Positions 12,765 through 26,360 of a DNA stretch of 64,000 nt are shown one piece after another; within the stretch, counting starts at the first letter, position 1, and every line of letters begins with the position of its first letter. The notes beneath the pieces were generated by a model. That model was not told where the DNA came from. It did no database searches and saw only the letters and a list, made by a program, of their open reading frames with translations. Source of the DNA: Octopus sinensis (Eukaryota); assembly GCF_006345805.1 (NCBI RefSeq), contig NC_043009.1, positions 66,836,001 through 66,900,000 of the forward strand, given 5' to 3'. Both the position numbers and the translations under genes were made by a program.

Positions 12765-13049
12765 GCATTCACGGTATCGACCAAGCTATCGGATGTTGTT
12801 ATACATCGCTGATCACAATGCGCTTTGCCTTGTTCCCAGCTTTCAAATGAAGCCACCCTTCTGGGTTCCCTGATCGGAAGGATATTCCGTTCCCGATGCA
12901 GAGTGGTCACCCATTTACAGCTGAGTGGACTGGGGCATCGTGAGATGAAAGGTTTCTCTCAAGAGCACAACGCACCACCCAGTCTGGAAATCGAAACCAC
13001 GATCTAGCAATCGTGAGTACTACGCTCTAACCCTATGCCACGCGCCTTC
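12765..13049 (-). mobile_element. SINE group C (CORE/V-like GTGCTCTTGAG..ACCTT domain)
   Basis: tRNA-like head; tail ..GATGTATAACAACATC shared with 50336-50630. Confidence 0.82.
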
Positions 13050-13104
13050 GAGCACACACACACACCACACACACACACACACATACAAATACATATACAT
13101 GTAC

Positions 13105-13164
<60 letters not shown>

Positions 13165-13220
13165 TCTTTCTTTCTATCTCTGTTATCCATACTACAGAAC
13201 ATTAATCCTCAACTCCTCCA

Positions 13221-13252
<32 letters not shown>

Positions 13253-13761
13253 ATCTCTCCCCACGCTCTCTCTCTCTCTCTTTCTCTCTCTAAATATGTC
13301 ATCCACTTTTCGTAATATTCCTTCCATTGTTTGCTTCCCGTCTCCCCTCAAGGCTTGAACCGAAGTCCGTTCTTTTGGAGTATCACATACAAATAGATCG
13401 GATTCAGTGTAATTCTATAGAGTTCCACGCAGGAAAAAAAAAAACCTTTCGGGAGAAATATTAAATTTGGCAGCTTCTAATGCAAAAATTAGATTTCTAA
13501 TTACCTTCACAAATTTAATATTGTGAAAACATTTCACACAGGAATACGTACAGTCACATACACGCACCGACGCGTGTGTACGCAAGCACAGTTTAGAACA
13601 ATGACACACACACACACAGGTAGACAGATTGAGGCGCAGAGCTGTAAATACACTCAGAGACAAGTAAATTCTTACAAAATGGAGTAATCAAAATGCAACA
13701 GAGATGTATGCAGTATGCCTGTATCTTAAAGGCTCATTTCATACATGTAAATACATACATA

Positions 13762-13810
<49 letters not shown>

Positions 13811-14409
13811 ATATTATATGTGCGTGTGAATATTATATTATATTATATATATATCTATATAATATATATATATAAGTGTGAATATTAATTATATTATAAT
13901 ATATATATATAAGTGTGAATATTAAATTATATTATATATATATACATACATACATGTATGTGTGCACATAATTACATATATGCTTACATGCATATATATA
14001 TGCATATATGCAGACGGTCGCACACACACGCACGCACACACACACACACATACACGTACACACACATTCACTACCTAACGCTTAGAGAAAGAAACGCGAC
14101 TCACGTTTTCATAACATATGCCAAGGCACCTTATTGTATGTGTATGTATGTACATGCATATTGCGTTCGTGTGTTTGTGTGTGAATAGGTATGTTTGTGC
14201 GTGTGCGCGTGCATATAATTATGTGAGTTAATGCGTGTGAATCAAATGTGTGTGTGTTTGTGTGTTTGTCAAACATATGTATACACATACATACATTCAT
14301 GTAAACACACACAGGCAGACACATCTATACACACATACACACACATAATGCATATTTCTGTGTGTATGTCTGTCTGTGCCCCGTCAACCACCGCACACGC
14401 GCAAAACAA

Positions 14410-14934
<525 letters not shown>

Positions 14935-15276
14935 GCCTTTGCACAGCTTCTAACGCTGATGATGTACTACAGTGTCAGCTGTTCACTACCAGTAAGGGTA
15001 ACACCCCTTATTTTTCGAGCACCTTCCGGAGTATTCGAGCAGTTCCAAGCAGTGCTGTTTTCTGCAAGTGCTCCACCCTTATTGCAGCCCCTATTTGTTC
15101 CGTGCCCTTCTCAAGATTTTTACTCACTGTTCCAGGGCTCCAACAATTATTGGTATTACTACCACCTTTTTCAGCAACCACAACTGCTTAACCGCCCAAG
15201 CTAACCTGTCATATCTCTCGACTTTTCTTTCTTCCTTATCGCATACATTGTTGTCAGCTGGGCATGCTATATCTAC
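14935..15276 (-). mobile_element. R4/Dong-like RLE retrotransposon 3' end in (TAA)n
   Basis: IVDIACPADNNVCDKEERKVERYDRLAWAVKQLWLLKKVVVIPIIVGAL, then a frameshift, then GTVSKNLEK...LQKTALLGTARILRKVLEK*. Short 3' UTR ends in (AAT)n. Confidence 0.88.
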
Positions 15277-15325
15277 TATTATTATTACTACTACTACTAC
15301 TACTACTACTACTATTATTGTTATT

Positions 15326-15387
15326 CTTTATCACAGGTTTTGTTGGAGCTCCTGTAGTCTTACATGCGTAGTGGGCTTGCTACCTGC
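15326..15387 (-). mobile_element. 3' tail of a second Dong-like family
   Basis: Homologous to the 3' UTR at 16971-17015; flanked by (ATT/GTT)n. Confidence 0.65.
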
Positions 15388-15922
15388 AATTGTTGTTGTT
15401 GTTGTTGTTATTATTATTATATTATTATTATTATTATTATTATTATTATCATTATTATTATCATTATTATTATTATTATTATCATTATTATTATCATTAT
15501 TATTATCATTATTATTATTATTCCTCATCTCATACTGAAGATTTGATAGAATTTCAATTAAATTCTAATTTCTTCGTAAACAGGTACAAAAAGGTTATCG
15601 ACTGCTTCTTCAAATTATTTCCCCTGCCCTTTGGATAGTCGCAAAATTCCGCTGCTGCTGGGAAGAGCAACATTTAAATGCATGTTATTTATACAGACAC
15701 TGACACCCACGCATACACATGTAACACATATGTTCACCTATAAACAACTCACAAAGTATATCTCGTGTTTATTAAAGATGCACGTTCTGTCACTTCTTCC
15801 CACAAATCAACTCACCACAAAACTCTGAGCACGAATATGATAAACATTTTTTTTTATTTTACCGTTCCATCTTCGTGCAGAAAATGATTCCAATTTCTTG
15901 GAATATATACATATATATGTAA

Positions 15923-16188
15923 CCGTATCAGCTGGTCACAATGTGCTTTGCATTGTTTTAGCCTTCAAATGACGCCACCCCACTGGCTAAGCGAGCAGGC
16001 CAAGAGAAGAAAGAGTGAGAGAAAGTTGTGGCGAAAGAGTACAGCAGGGATCGTCACCGTCCCCTGCCGGAGCCTCGTGGAGCTTTAGGTGTTTTCGCTC
16101 AATAAACACTCACAATGCGCGGTCTGGGAATCGAAACCGCGATCCTACGACCGCGAGTTCGCTGCCCTAACCACTGGGCCATTGCGCC
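15923..16188 (-). mobile_element. SINE group C variant (chimeric head/tail)
   Basis: Head as at 5249; tail as at 12765 and 50336. Confidence 0.82.
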
Positions 16189-16209
16189 TCCACATATGTG
16201 TGTGTATAC

Positions 16210-16245
<36 letters not shown>

Positions 16246-16247
16246 TG

Positions 16248-16278
<31 letters not shown>

Positions 16279-16340
16279 TGTGTGTTGTGTGTGTGTATGT
16301 GTGTGTATGTGTGTATGTGTGTGTGTGTGTATTAACTCAA

Positions 16341-16696
16341 CTCCGTCGGTCACGAATGACCATGGGTGCACCTAAGAGGAGGTTCCCCCTCCGGGGTACA
16401 AGTCTGGGCAGAAAGTCGCCTCACCGGCGAACGCACAACCCAGGGTTGATTTTATGGAAGACCAGCGGTCGCCCATGCATACCAGCCTCCTCTCTGCACG
16501 CAACCAATGTTAGCCGAGGGAAAGGCAAAGGCTGATACAGCTTGGCACCAGTGACATCACAACTGATTTCTACAGCTGAGTGAACTGGAGCAATGGGAAA
16601 AAAAGTGTCTTCCTCAAGATCACAACACGCAGCCCGGTCCGGGAATCGAACTCACAAACTCACGATCGTCAGCTCGACGCTCTAACTACTGAGCCA
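16341..16696 (-). mobile_element. SINE group C (tail ..GGTCATTCGTGACCGACGGAG)
   Basis: tRNA-like head; homologous over its length to 59508-59836. Confidence 0.82.
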
Positions 16697-16759
16697 CATA
16701 CATATATATGTGTAATATATATATATATTATATATATATATATATATAAATATAAATAT

Positions 16760-16823
<64 letters not shown>

Positions 16824-16854
16824 ATATATTATATATATATATTATATATATATA

Positions 16855-16930
<76 letters not shown>

Positions 16931-16970
16931 GCACACATATATGCATATATTATTATCATTAATTTTTTTT

Positions 16971-17275
16971 CATCTCAGGTTTTGTTGTAACTCCTGGAGC
17001 CTTGCATGCGTAGCGGGCTTGATGCCTTCACCCTACCGTACCATGCTATCTGTTCTTTTCAACAATTTAATGCTTTCCCGATTATTCTGGCCGTGCCAAG
17101 GAGGCAAACCTTTCGTAACACTTCTACTGGGTACTCTATTCCGATTTCCTTTATATTCCTCTTGATGCCTTTTGATATTGTCCCCGGGAAACGAACAATA
17201 ATTTGCACTATTTTCATCTTCTTTGTTTTCCATAGGTGTGCTGTTTTGTACTTAAGAGAATTGTATATATCTATT
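16971..17275 (-). mobile_element. R4/Dong-like RLE retrotransposon 3' end (second family)
   Basis: [59 protein letters not shown]; adjacent to (ATT)n. Confidence 0.8.
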
Positions 17276-17277
17276 TA

Positions 17278-17334
<57 letters not shown>

Positions 17335-17354
17335 TTATTATTTTTAGTATTTTT

Positions 17355-17440
17355 TGTTTCCATTTCTTGTCGAGTGCCTTCCTGACACCTAGGGCAGAGA
17401 AACGTACTGTATACATTGGTGAGCCATTAAAATAAGCACA
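17355..17440 (-). mobile_element. 3' UTR of a third Dong-like family
   Basis: Homologous to 46530-46616 and 39990-40100. Confidence 0.7.
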
Positions 17441-17536
17441 CCATATTGTTCATTTACGGAGTCATGTGAAAGGGGAAGACAGAGAAAAAGGAAAAGATGA
17501 CATTTTTTTATATTATTATTATTATTTGTTATTATT

Positions 17537-17609
<73 letters not shown>

Positions 17610-17611
17610 GT

Positions 17612-17883
17612 GAGGGCGCATGGCTTGGTAGGCAAGATGTTGCACTCACGATCGCTAGATCGTTATTTCAATTCTTAGACCGAGTGGTGCGTTGTGTTCT
17701 TGAGCGAAACACTTCATCTCACATTACTCTGCGATCACTCCGACAGATGGCGCGTGCTACACCGCGAAGGCAACGTTGATTTTAGGGAGAGAGTGAGTTA
17801 ATGTGCGGCACGAACATTTGATCCCTATAAACAAATTGTCTGTGCAGGTCGATCGGCAAAAACCGAACGCTCATACCTCGTCA
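17612..17883 (+). mobile_element. SINE group C (different tail)
   Basis: GAGGGCGCATGGCTTGGTAGG head; GTGTTCTTGAGCGAAACACTT domain. Confidence 0.78.
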
Positions 17884-17889
17884 TTATTA

Positions 17890-19080
17890 TTATCAAATTG
17901 AAACTGGGAGTTTATCTCATGTATTGAGTTCCATGCCAGTGAGATCATCAGGTGATCATCATATATGTATATATGTATATCCTATATTGGATGAAAAAAT
18001 TCTATATATCTAGGGAAATTACTTGGTTCATCTTGATTACCTCCCTTTCGTTACTTTTTAATATATCCTATTGCCTCCTGATATATTTACTAAATTGATA
18101 AAGTTTTTCTCCACAAGTAGTAAATATTATGTCTAACATATTCTTTCAATTCGACTCATTAATAAAACAAATCACCATTTACTAGCTAATTATGATTCTA
18201 TATTAATAGAAATAGAGATATATTTATATGAAATAATTACAAAAAATTCTATATATCTAGAGAAATTAGTTGGTTTATCTTGATTACCTCCCTTTCATTT
18301 CTTTTTAATATATCTTATTGACTCCTGATATATGTGCTAAATTAATAAAGTTTTTCTCCACGGGTAGTAAATATTATGTCTAACTCATTAAAAAAATCAC
18401 CATTTACTAGCTAATTATGATTATATATTAATAGAAATGGATATATATATATTTATATAAATATGAAATGATTTCTATATTTTCTATCCCTATATAAGTT
18501 ACTAATATTTATTGAAATCCTTTAGGAAAATGTCTAAAGAATATTTACTTAAATTTCTTAATATAGAATCTGGATGTCAAATGGTAAGGGACATTAAAAC
18601 CTCTAGAGCACTAGTAGTCTATGTTCCCCTACCCCTCTAACTTCAATCTACTAGCTTTTTGCTATAATACATTCAAATGTATCTGGACTGAATTCCTCAA
18701 AATGGGAATGGGTTTATGGTTTTGACATTTGTACTACCACTTCCTATATCTATAAATAGAAAATATTCTTTGTCTCCATCCAACCAAAAATAAATCCCCC
18801 TCCCCACCAACAGATCTAAATAACAAAGTGAACTCAATGATAAAATCTACAGTCAGAGAGTGAACATACTACTATCATGTTCTTAGGAATGAAATCAACC
18901 TCTCTGTCTGTATATCTACCCTCTTTATAATGTTGGCAAACGAAATAGAGATAAGAATGTGCATTGTCCGTTTGAATGGAAAATTCTATAAGTGGCTGAA
19001 GATTGCTCGACATTTTAAAACTGATGTAATGCTTACAGTGTTTAATAAAATGAAGTAGCATGAAACAAATGTACTACTCT
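17890..19080 (-). pseudogene. Decayed coding sequence of unknown identity with an internal 247-bp tandem duplication
   Basis: Protein-like minus-strand segments across stops and frameshifts (e.g. DGDKEYFLFIDIGSGSTNVKTINPFPF*GIQSRYI; ELKEYVRHNIYYLWRKTLS; KGGNQDEPSNFPRYIEFFHP). Duplicated units start at 17994 and 18241. Confidence 0.45.
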
Positions 19081-19266
19081 ACCTCGGATATACTTGTTGC
19101 TTATTTTGATATATATATATTCCACCGTGCCCATCTCCCTATACAGATGCACATACAACACCCCTTTCCTTTCTTTTTATCTCCCCCCCCCCTCCAAGAA
19201 CTGCATTCCCACCCGACCCTTAAATAGCTTTTTCTTCTTTCCACCATTTTACCTCCTTTCTTTTTT

Positions 19267-19302
19267 TTTTCTGGTGAAGAGCTAGCGTGCGAAACATTAA
19301 AA
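19267..19302 (+). ncRNA. Degenerate minimal hammerhead ribozyme motif
   Basis: TTTT-CTGGTGA-A-GAGCTAGCGTGC-GAAACATT-AAAA. Downstream flank is homologous to that of the 24718 motif. Confidence 0.45.
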
Positions 19303-19434
19303 ACGCTTCAATTTCTCTTCCTTTCAAGCATTATATTAATAACACCTTTGTTAAAAATTACACTTGTCCTTCTCGTTCTGCTGTTTCTTATATGTCGCTC
19401 ATTCATCATGTGTGTGTGTTCGCGCGCATAAATG

Positions 19435-19479
<45 letters not shown>

Positions 19480-19930
19480 TGTGTATTCTCTTTCCCAGTC
19501 TATAAAAATCTCTACATACACGAACACCATTTAAAAGTTGGATTAATAATACACATGCAAATATACACACGTTTCACATATATACAGCCGTGCAACAAGC
19601 ACGCTTACTTAAATACACACTCACTCACACATACATACGCGCTTGTATGTATGTTCACAAAAAGCAAGAGAGGTCATTCATCGTAAGCGTAAATATTTGT
19701 CACCAGTAATAAAATGTCGATTAAATTTCTCCTTTGAATATTTTTTGTGTTGTTAATATAATGTTCGAGATAAAGGTTTTCCCACTTATTTCACAAAGGG
19801 AACCGTTTTTTCCTCCTTTGTGACTCTGTAATGACGAGTTTCGATTCGCTAATTTGAGATTCCTGCGTATATTTAACAGTGAAATACTCTCGTTTCGGAT
19901 GTAATTTTTGCTTCTTTTATTTTCTTAATC

Positions 19931-20130
19931 GTTTAACTTGTTTCAGTCATTAAATTTCGGCCATGCTGGAGCACTGTCTTGAAGAATTGTTAGTCGAATG
20001 AATCGACCTCAATGCTTCTTTTAAGACCCGTTGCTTATTCCTATCGAACACTTTTGCCGATCTGCTAAGTTACGAGACGTAAACTCAGCAAAACCGATTC
20101 TCCAACAATGGTGGTGGACAATCACACACA
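19931..20130 (-). mobile_element. SINE group A, 3' half, degenerate
   Basis: ..TTGTTTCAGTCAT..GGCCATGCTGGAGCAC.. Confidence 0.75.
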
Positions 20131-20395
20131 CTCCAAGATTTATTTATGTTTAACAACTGAAAGAATTTCATAAAAGCATCTAAATATGAAACCTCTTGTA
20201 AAATGTTCAAACGGAAGACCTCGTAAACATTCATAATTGGAATGAATAAATAGAATTTAATAGTAAGTATTTATGGATTTTTTATTTACTGTCGAGTGAC
20301 TTTTGGCCAACCTGTATATATATATATGTTGTGTGTGTGTATATACATGTCTACACCACCTGTCTTCGTCTTTTGTTTTTTTTGTGAATTCTCCT

Positions 20396-20456
<61 letters not shown>

Positions 20457-20466
20457 ATATATATAT

Positions 20467-20535
<69 letters not shown>

Positions 20536-20537
<2 letters not shown>

Positions 20538-20695
20538 TACAGGAGTGGCTGTGTGGTAAGTAACTTGCTTACCAACCACATGGTTCCGGGTTCAGTCCCA
20601 CTGCGCGGCACCTTGGGCAAGTGTCTTCTACTATAGCCTCGGGCCGACCAAAGAATTGTGAGTAGATTTGGTAGACGGAAACTGAAAGAACCTCG

Positions 20696-20735
<40 letters not shown>

Positions 20736-20960
20736 TGTTGTGTGTGTGTGTGTGTGTGTGTGTTTGCGTGTCTGTGTTCGTCCCCCAACATCGCTTGACA
20801 ACCGATACTGGTGTGTTTACGTCCCCGTCACTTAGCGGTTCGGCAACAGAGACCGATAGAATAAGTACTAGGCTTACAAAGAATAAGTCCTGGGGTCGAT
20901 TTGCTCGACTAAAGGCGATGCGCCAGCATGACCGCAGTCAAATGACTGAAATAAATAAAG
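20536..20960 (+). mobile_element. SINE group A, full length
   Basis: Complete head and body; inserted next to the (TA)n tract at 20390-20535. Confidence 0.92.
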
Positions 20961-21033
20961 GAATTTTAAAAAATAAAAGAATATATATATATACACACAC
21001 ACATTCAGTTTTCGTCTTTTAAATGTAATCACA

Positions 21034-21156
21034 GGGCTTTGGTCGGCCCAAGACTATAGTAGAAGACACTTGCCGAAAGTGCCACACAGTGGGACTGAAC
21101 CTGGAACTATGTGGTTCGTAAGCATGCCACTTACCACACAGCCACTCCTACGCCTA
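21034..21156 (-). mobile_element. SINE group A head
   Basis: Reverse complement of the head; inverted relative to the copy at 20536. Confidence 0.85.
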
Positions 21157-22139
21157 TAAGAGAGGATTTTGAAGAAAATAACATTTCTAATGGAGAGGAA
21201 CATATATTATAAAAAAGAAAATGTCAGCTTACTTCACTGCATGCGGAGATAAACTATCTCTATCAGCCACGCCATGTTTTTCTTCCAACGTAAAAGAATT
21301 TGTAGTTAGTGCGAATTAATCTATTTTCATGTGGTTTATGAGAAATAAGTAAAAATTATGAATATTTCATTTTTTAAGATACACAAGCTTTAATATGGAT
21401 TTTCTAACGCGTTGAATTATATTTTGAAAAGTCTGCTTCGTACTTAGCGGTGCATCGTTTGCGGCCCACCGGTATAGATTAAGATAATCCATAAAAAATT
21501 AAATTATTTTCGAACACCATTTAAATATAAGGCTTCCGTGGTTTACGAACGAATGAGGAAAATAATTCGGAAAATATATTCTCAAGTTTCAAATGCTTTT
21601 AAGTGAAAATTTAACAGAAATTTAAAACTGTTTTCAGCATTTGGGGTTGGATAAATGATGTAAGAAAAAAAACCCCAGAAAACTTATATAAATCTATTTG
21701 TATATGCCAGTGTGTATGTGTGTGTGTTTGCGTATGTGTGAGTGTGTCTGAGTGTGTATAAGTGTGTCTCTGTGCGAGCATGGCCCTCCTTTTTACTCTG
21801 CTCCAAATCTAACTGAAATTAAAATCAAGATGATCCGGTAGAGAAACTTCATATCCGCGCAACTTGCTGAAGGCAGTGACTAAGTATTCATTGCCAATCG
21901 TTCAAAACTGGAAATCTATGGAATAGAATTACCTAACACACCATAAATCCTATTAATTATATAATTATATGCCTCATATGTGTGTGTGTGTTCTTTTATA
22001 TATATATATGTGTGTGTGAATGATCGTACAACAATCAGAAAAACACAATTTCTATACTAGGATGTCATTCTCTCTCTCTTTCACTCCCTCATTCTCTCTC
22101 TCTCTCTATATATAATATATATATAGAGAGGAGAGAGAG

Positions 22140-22170
22140 AGACAGACAGACAGACAGATATATAGATAGT

Positions 22171-22265
<95 letters not shown>

Positions 22266-22446
22266 GTAGGTAGGTAGGTAGGTAGATAGGTAGGTAGGTA
22301 GGTAGGTAGGTAGGTAGGTAGGTAGATAGATAGGTAGGTAGGTATGTAGGTAGGTAGGTAGGTAGGTAGGTAGGTAGATAGATAGATAGGTAGGTAGGTA
22401 GGTATGTAGGTAGGTAGGTAGGTAGGTAGGTAGGTAGATATGTAGG

Positions 22447-22536
<90 letters not shown>

Positions 22537-22570
22537 GAACGGTAGAGAGAGAGAGAGAGAGAGAGAGAGA
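22140..22570. repeat. Compound (GATA)/(GGTA)/(GA)n array
   Basis: Direct reading. Confidence 0.97.
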
Positions 22571-22699
22571 ACACTTAGCATTGTAGGTGTTCTAACAGCT
22601 TCTGTCATATCTAACGACAATTATAGTTTTCCATTTTGGTGATTCATTGCTAAACCGCTGCCTAATTTAATTATATATATATATATATGAGCACCATGC

Positions 22700-22935
22700 A
22701 ACTAGGACCCTCACGATCGCCTCAAACGCTTATGCCAGGTTACACCAAAAGTTAGGATCTTTCGGGACAAACATTGCCCCCTACAATTTCTGATCCTCTA
22801 TAAAGCTTGGATGAGACGTACAATGAAGTTCTGCTCCTGTATGTGGGACAATTCTGCAGTTGCTATTCCCATAGACATCATAGACCACATCCAGAGAAAG
22901 ATCCCACCCTTGGCCCACAGACTCTCTCTCTCTTT

Positions 22936-22993
<58 letters not shown>

Positions 22994-23200
22994 AGTCGAT
23001 ATGACAATAACCTTTTCTCACCGAGTTAGTCGTCTGCCAACCTCCAATCAGACACTTGATTCACCTGTCTCTTCACTACCCATGTTGTATCCCCTCAGAC
23101 CCCACACTAACCACAACATCCAATTCTTTTCCTCCAAAACTACTCTTGAATTCTCCTCCAACTCTTGCCTTTCCAACCGTCGTTCTGTTTAAATACTTTA
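22700..23200 (+). mobile_element. CR1/Jockey-group LINE, RT C-terminal fragment
   Basis: LILYKAWMRRTMKFCSCMWDNSAVAIPIDIIDHIQRK resembles L.LYKA.VRP.MEYC..W....LD.IQ.K. Interrupted by (CT)n. Confidence 0.7.
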
Positions 23201-24297
23201 AACAGAACCCTAATAGCATCACCGTCGTTCTTCTTAGTGAGTGTTCAATTTAAAATGCGAAAACCACGGACAATATCCCTACTTCCAGACACGACAAATA
23301 AAAAATATATAATTTTACAGCTATTACCAACACCGTGTACAATCTTACCCAAAAAAGAAAATTTATATTCAGATAGTAACGTTAGTGATTTTCTAATGAC
23401 ATTCAATTAAATTATTGAATTTATCTTCTCTTTATTAATAATTATCATAATAATGATGAAGAATTCACAACGTATTTATAAAAACGTTCCAATAAAAGCG
23501 TTCATTATTAATACACATAAGTAAATATAAATATATTTCACTATTGTATTCGTTTAATAATATTCATTTCTAAATCAGTAACAATACTCAGTACAATACA
23601 TACGGTATGGTGATGTATTAATACATTTAAAACGAACATTTCCAATTATTATATGTCAGTGGCAAAACTAATTCCATTATGTAGTTTTTATGTGGTTAGA
23701 TTCCAGTTTCTGTTTAGTAAGATATAATGTATTACTTCTCTTAAACCTCTATTATTACTAAAAACCACAAACAAAACTGCCATGAATCGTCCTCTCAGTT
23801 TTTAGAGGTATAATACATTATGGTGGCTGGCGAAAGCCATAAGAAACATTGTAAAAAATTATTTAAAAACGCTGTATTATGTAAAAACATTTAAAGAGAA
23901 TCACGGCAATCATTATATGTCTGGAGAAAGAGCCTAGTTTATGTGATTGCGTGGTAATGGCCCATGTCTAGTGCGGTAATATGTGATATATTTTTTTTCA
24001 CAAACCTCTATTATTACTAAAGAACACCAGTAAATATCAGTATAATATTCAGTCTATGATTTGTTTTTTTTTAAAGATATAACAATATATGCTAACTGGG
24101 TAAAAATCACAATGAAAAACACATCGAATAAGCATATGTAAGAAGAAAGAAAAAAAACAGTTAAATTTTATTGTTGCAATCATTAAACGTCTGTAGAAGC
24201 AAAAAGTGCAGTTCTGTTATATTTAAGTAATTATGTGATGAGTCAATCTAGATTCAGTAGAGTTACGAATATATATATATAGACATACATATATATG

Positions 24298-24354
<57 letters not shown>

Positions 24355-24357
24355 TAT

Positions 24358-24392
<35 letters not shown>

Positions 24393-24514
24393 TATATATA
24401 TCTATATATATATATATATATTATATATATATATATATATACCATATATAATATATATATATATATATATAGTATATATACCATATATAATATATATATA
24501 TATATTATATATAT

Positions 24515-24549
<35 letters not shown>

Positions 24550-24575
24550 TATATATATATATATATATATACCAT

Positions 24576-24619
<44 letters not shown>

Positions 24620-24623
<4 letters not shown>

Positions 24624-24830
24624 ACCCAAACAAGAAATCACAAAATAACACAAAAACCCGAGGACGTGGGACAAATCTGGTATTATTGGACGCTCAGGAT
24701 AGAAGGAAAGATGGAGGGTTTAACGTTTCGAGCGTAGCTCTTCGTCGGAAACATAGGAGAAGGAAAGATCCAGAGAAGGGAAGACAGAGGAAAAAAATCC
24801 CCAACGGTACACACGAGGTCACATTTTGAA
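24620..24830 (-). mobile_element. Penelope-like terminal repeat remnant carrying a hammerhead motif
   Basis: Contains the motif at 24718-24752; homologous to 19150-19400. Confidence 0.6.
24718..24752 (-). ncRNA. Minimal type I hammerhead ribozyme (PLE-type, palindromic stem III)
   Basis: Minus strand reads GTTT-CCGACGA-A-GAGC-TAC-GCTC-GAAACGTT-AAAC: stem I GTTT/AAAC, stem II GAGC/GCTC, ACGT palindrome, GUU site. Core deviates at U4 (C). Confidence 0.65.
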
Positions 24831-24862
24831 ATAGATATATATATGATATATAATATTATGTA

Positions 24863-25060
24863 TGTGGTAAGTAGCTTACTTACCAACCACATGGTTCCGT
24901 GTTCAGTCCCACTGCGTGGCTCCTTGGGCAAATGTCTTCTACTATAACATTGTGAGTGGATTTGGTAGACGGAACCTGAAAGAAGCCCGTTGTATACTTT
25001 GTGTGTGTGTGTGCGTGTTTTTGTGTTTGTGTTTGTCCCACCACTATCACTTGACAACCG
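24863..25060 (+). mobile_element. SINE group A, truncated
   Basis: Head and part of the body. Confidence 0.88.
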
Positions 25061-25082
25061 AAAATTCGTGTTTTTTTTTCGT

Positions 25083-25692
25083 GGTTTGGGTTTAACTGCC
25101 CTTTTTAGCATGTAAGACATCCTGTCAAAAGTCTTCTCTCCATGTATAAATCACTATACACTCCTATATAAAATAATCTATGTCGTATGACTTTTATTAC
25201 GCATGCGAACCACTGGTAATAGATTATTTTAATTTTTCACCCTTATACTTATGCAGTAACATTTTCCAATTGTTAGGCCATATAGTACACAGCTTAAATT
25301 ATTTATTTACTGCTGTGCTACTCTGACTACTCTCGAGCACTAAGTTTGAATCAATAATGTATAAAGACGGAGCTGTTTTGCGCATGTGTTTACCTCGTAC
25401 GTATTACAGCTACATAATTATGCATTTTTTTAGCAACCCTACTGACTCACTATTAATGACCAAATTAATTTATTTGGTCATTAATAGCGAAACTCGAGTA
25501 CATGGTTAACTAATTTTTTCTTCTTGGTTTGGGTTTAACAGCCCTTTTTAACATGTAAGAAGTCTTGTCAAGGGCCTTCTCTCCGTGTATAAATCTTTAT
25601 ACACTCTTATATAAAATAGTTTGTGTCTTATGACGTTTATTTCGCATGCCAACCACTGGTAATAATTATTTCAATAATTTACTTATGCAGTA
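25083..25692 (+). repeat. ~170-bp direct repeats (25083-25259, 25526-25692; period ~443 bp) enclosing a hammerhead-like fold
   Basis: Both units begin GGTTTGGGTTTAAC and end ..ACCACTGGTAATA..CTTATGCAGTA. Confidence 0.85.
25435..25507 (+). ncRNA. Decayed type I hammerhead ribozyme with a 16-bp stem II
   Basis: AACCCTA-CTGACTCA-CTATTAATGACCAAAT-TAATTT-ATTTGGTCATTAATAG-C-GAAACTCGAGTA-CATGGTT. Perfect hairpin, ACTCGAGT palindrome and GUA site; 5' core and stem I are mutated. Confidence 0.6.
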
Positions 25693-25733
25693 TATAAATA
25701 TATATATATGCGTGTGTGTGTGTATACATATAC

Positions 25734-25823
<90 letters not shown>

Positions 25824-26150
25824 ACTTCACTCAAAACTCTTATTTTGATAATTATATATAAAAAATTAAATTCCCCAATGATGAAAAAAGAACATAGATA
25901 TTATCAGTGTATTAGCCTTTTTTTAGATGTACTAAAACCATGACAAAATAACTCACAATAAAAAGAAACAGTCAAAGGAACAAGTTCCAGATTCGTAGAA
26001 AAAGTCAAACTCAATTATTTCAGAGTTAAGAGTCGAAGAGTTTAGAACTAATGGTATAATAAGTGGATCAGTTATACCATTTTTTAATATGATATATTGT
26101 AGTGAGATATATGGAGTAAAAAGAAGACCAGTAATTACATACGCCTGTAG

Positions 26151-26252
<102 letters not shown>

Positions 26253-26360
26253 TGTATGTAGTAAGAAGAGGAGCAATCATTACATATGTTTTAATATGTA
26301 TAGTAGTTATATATATACTTAGTAAGAGGAACAGTTATTCCAATATATAATAATAGTAGT

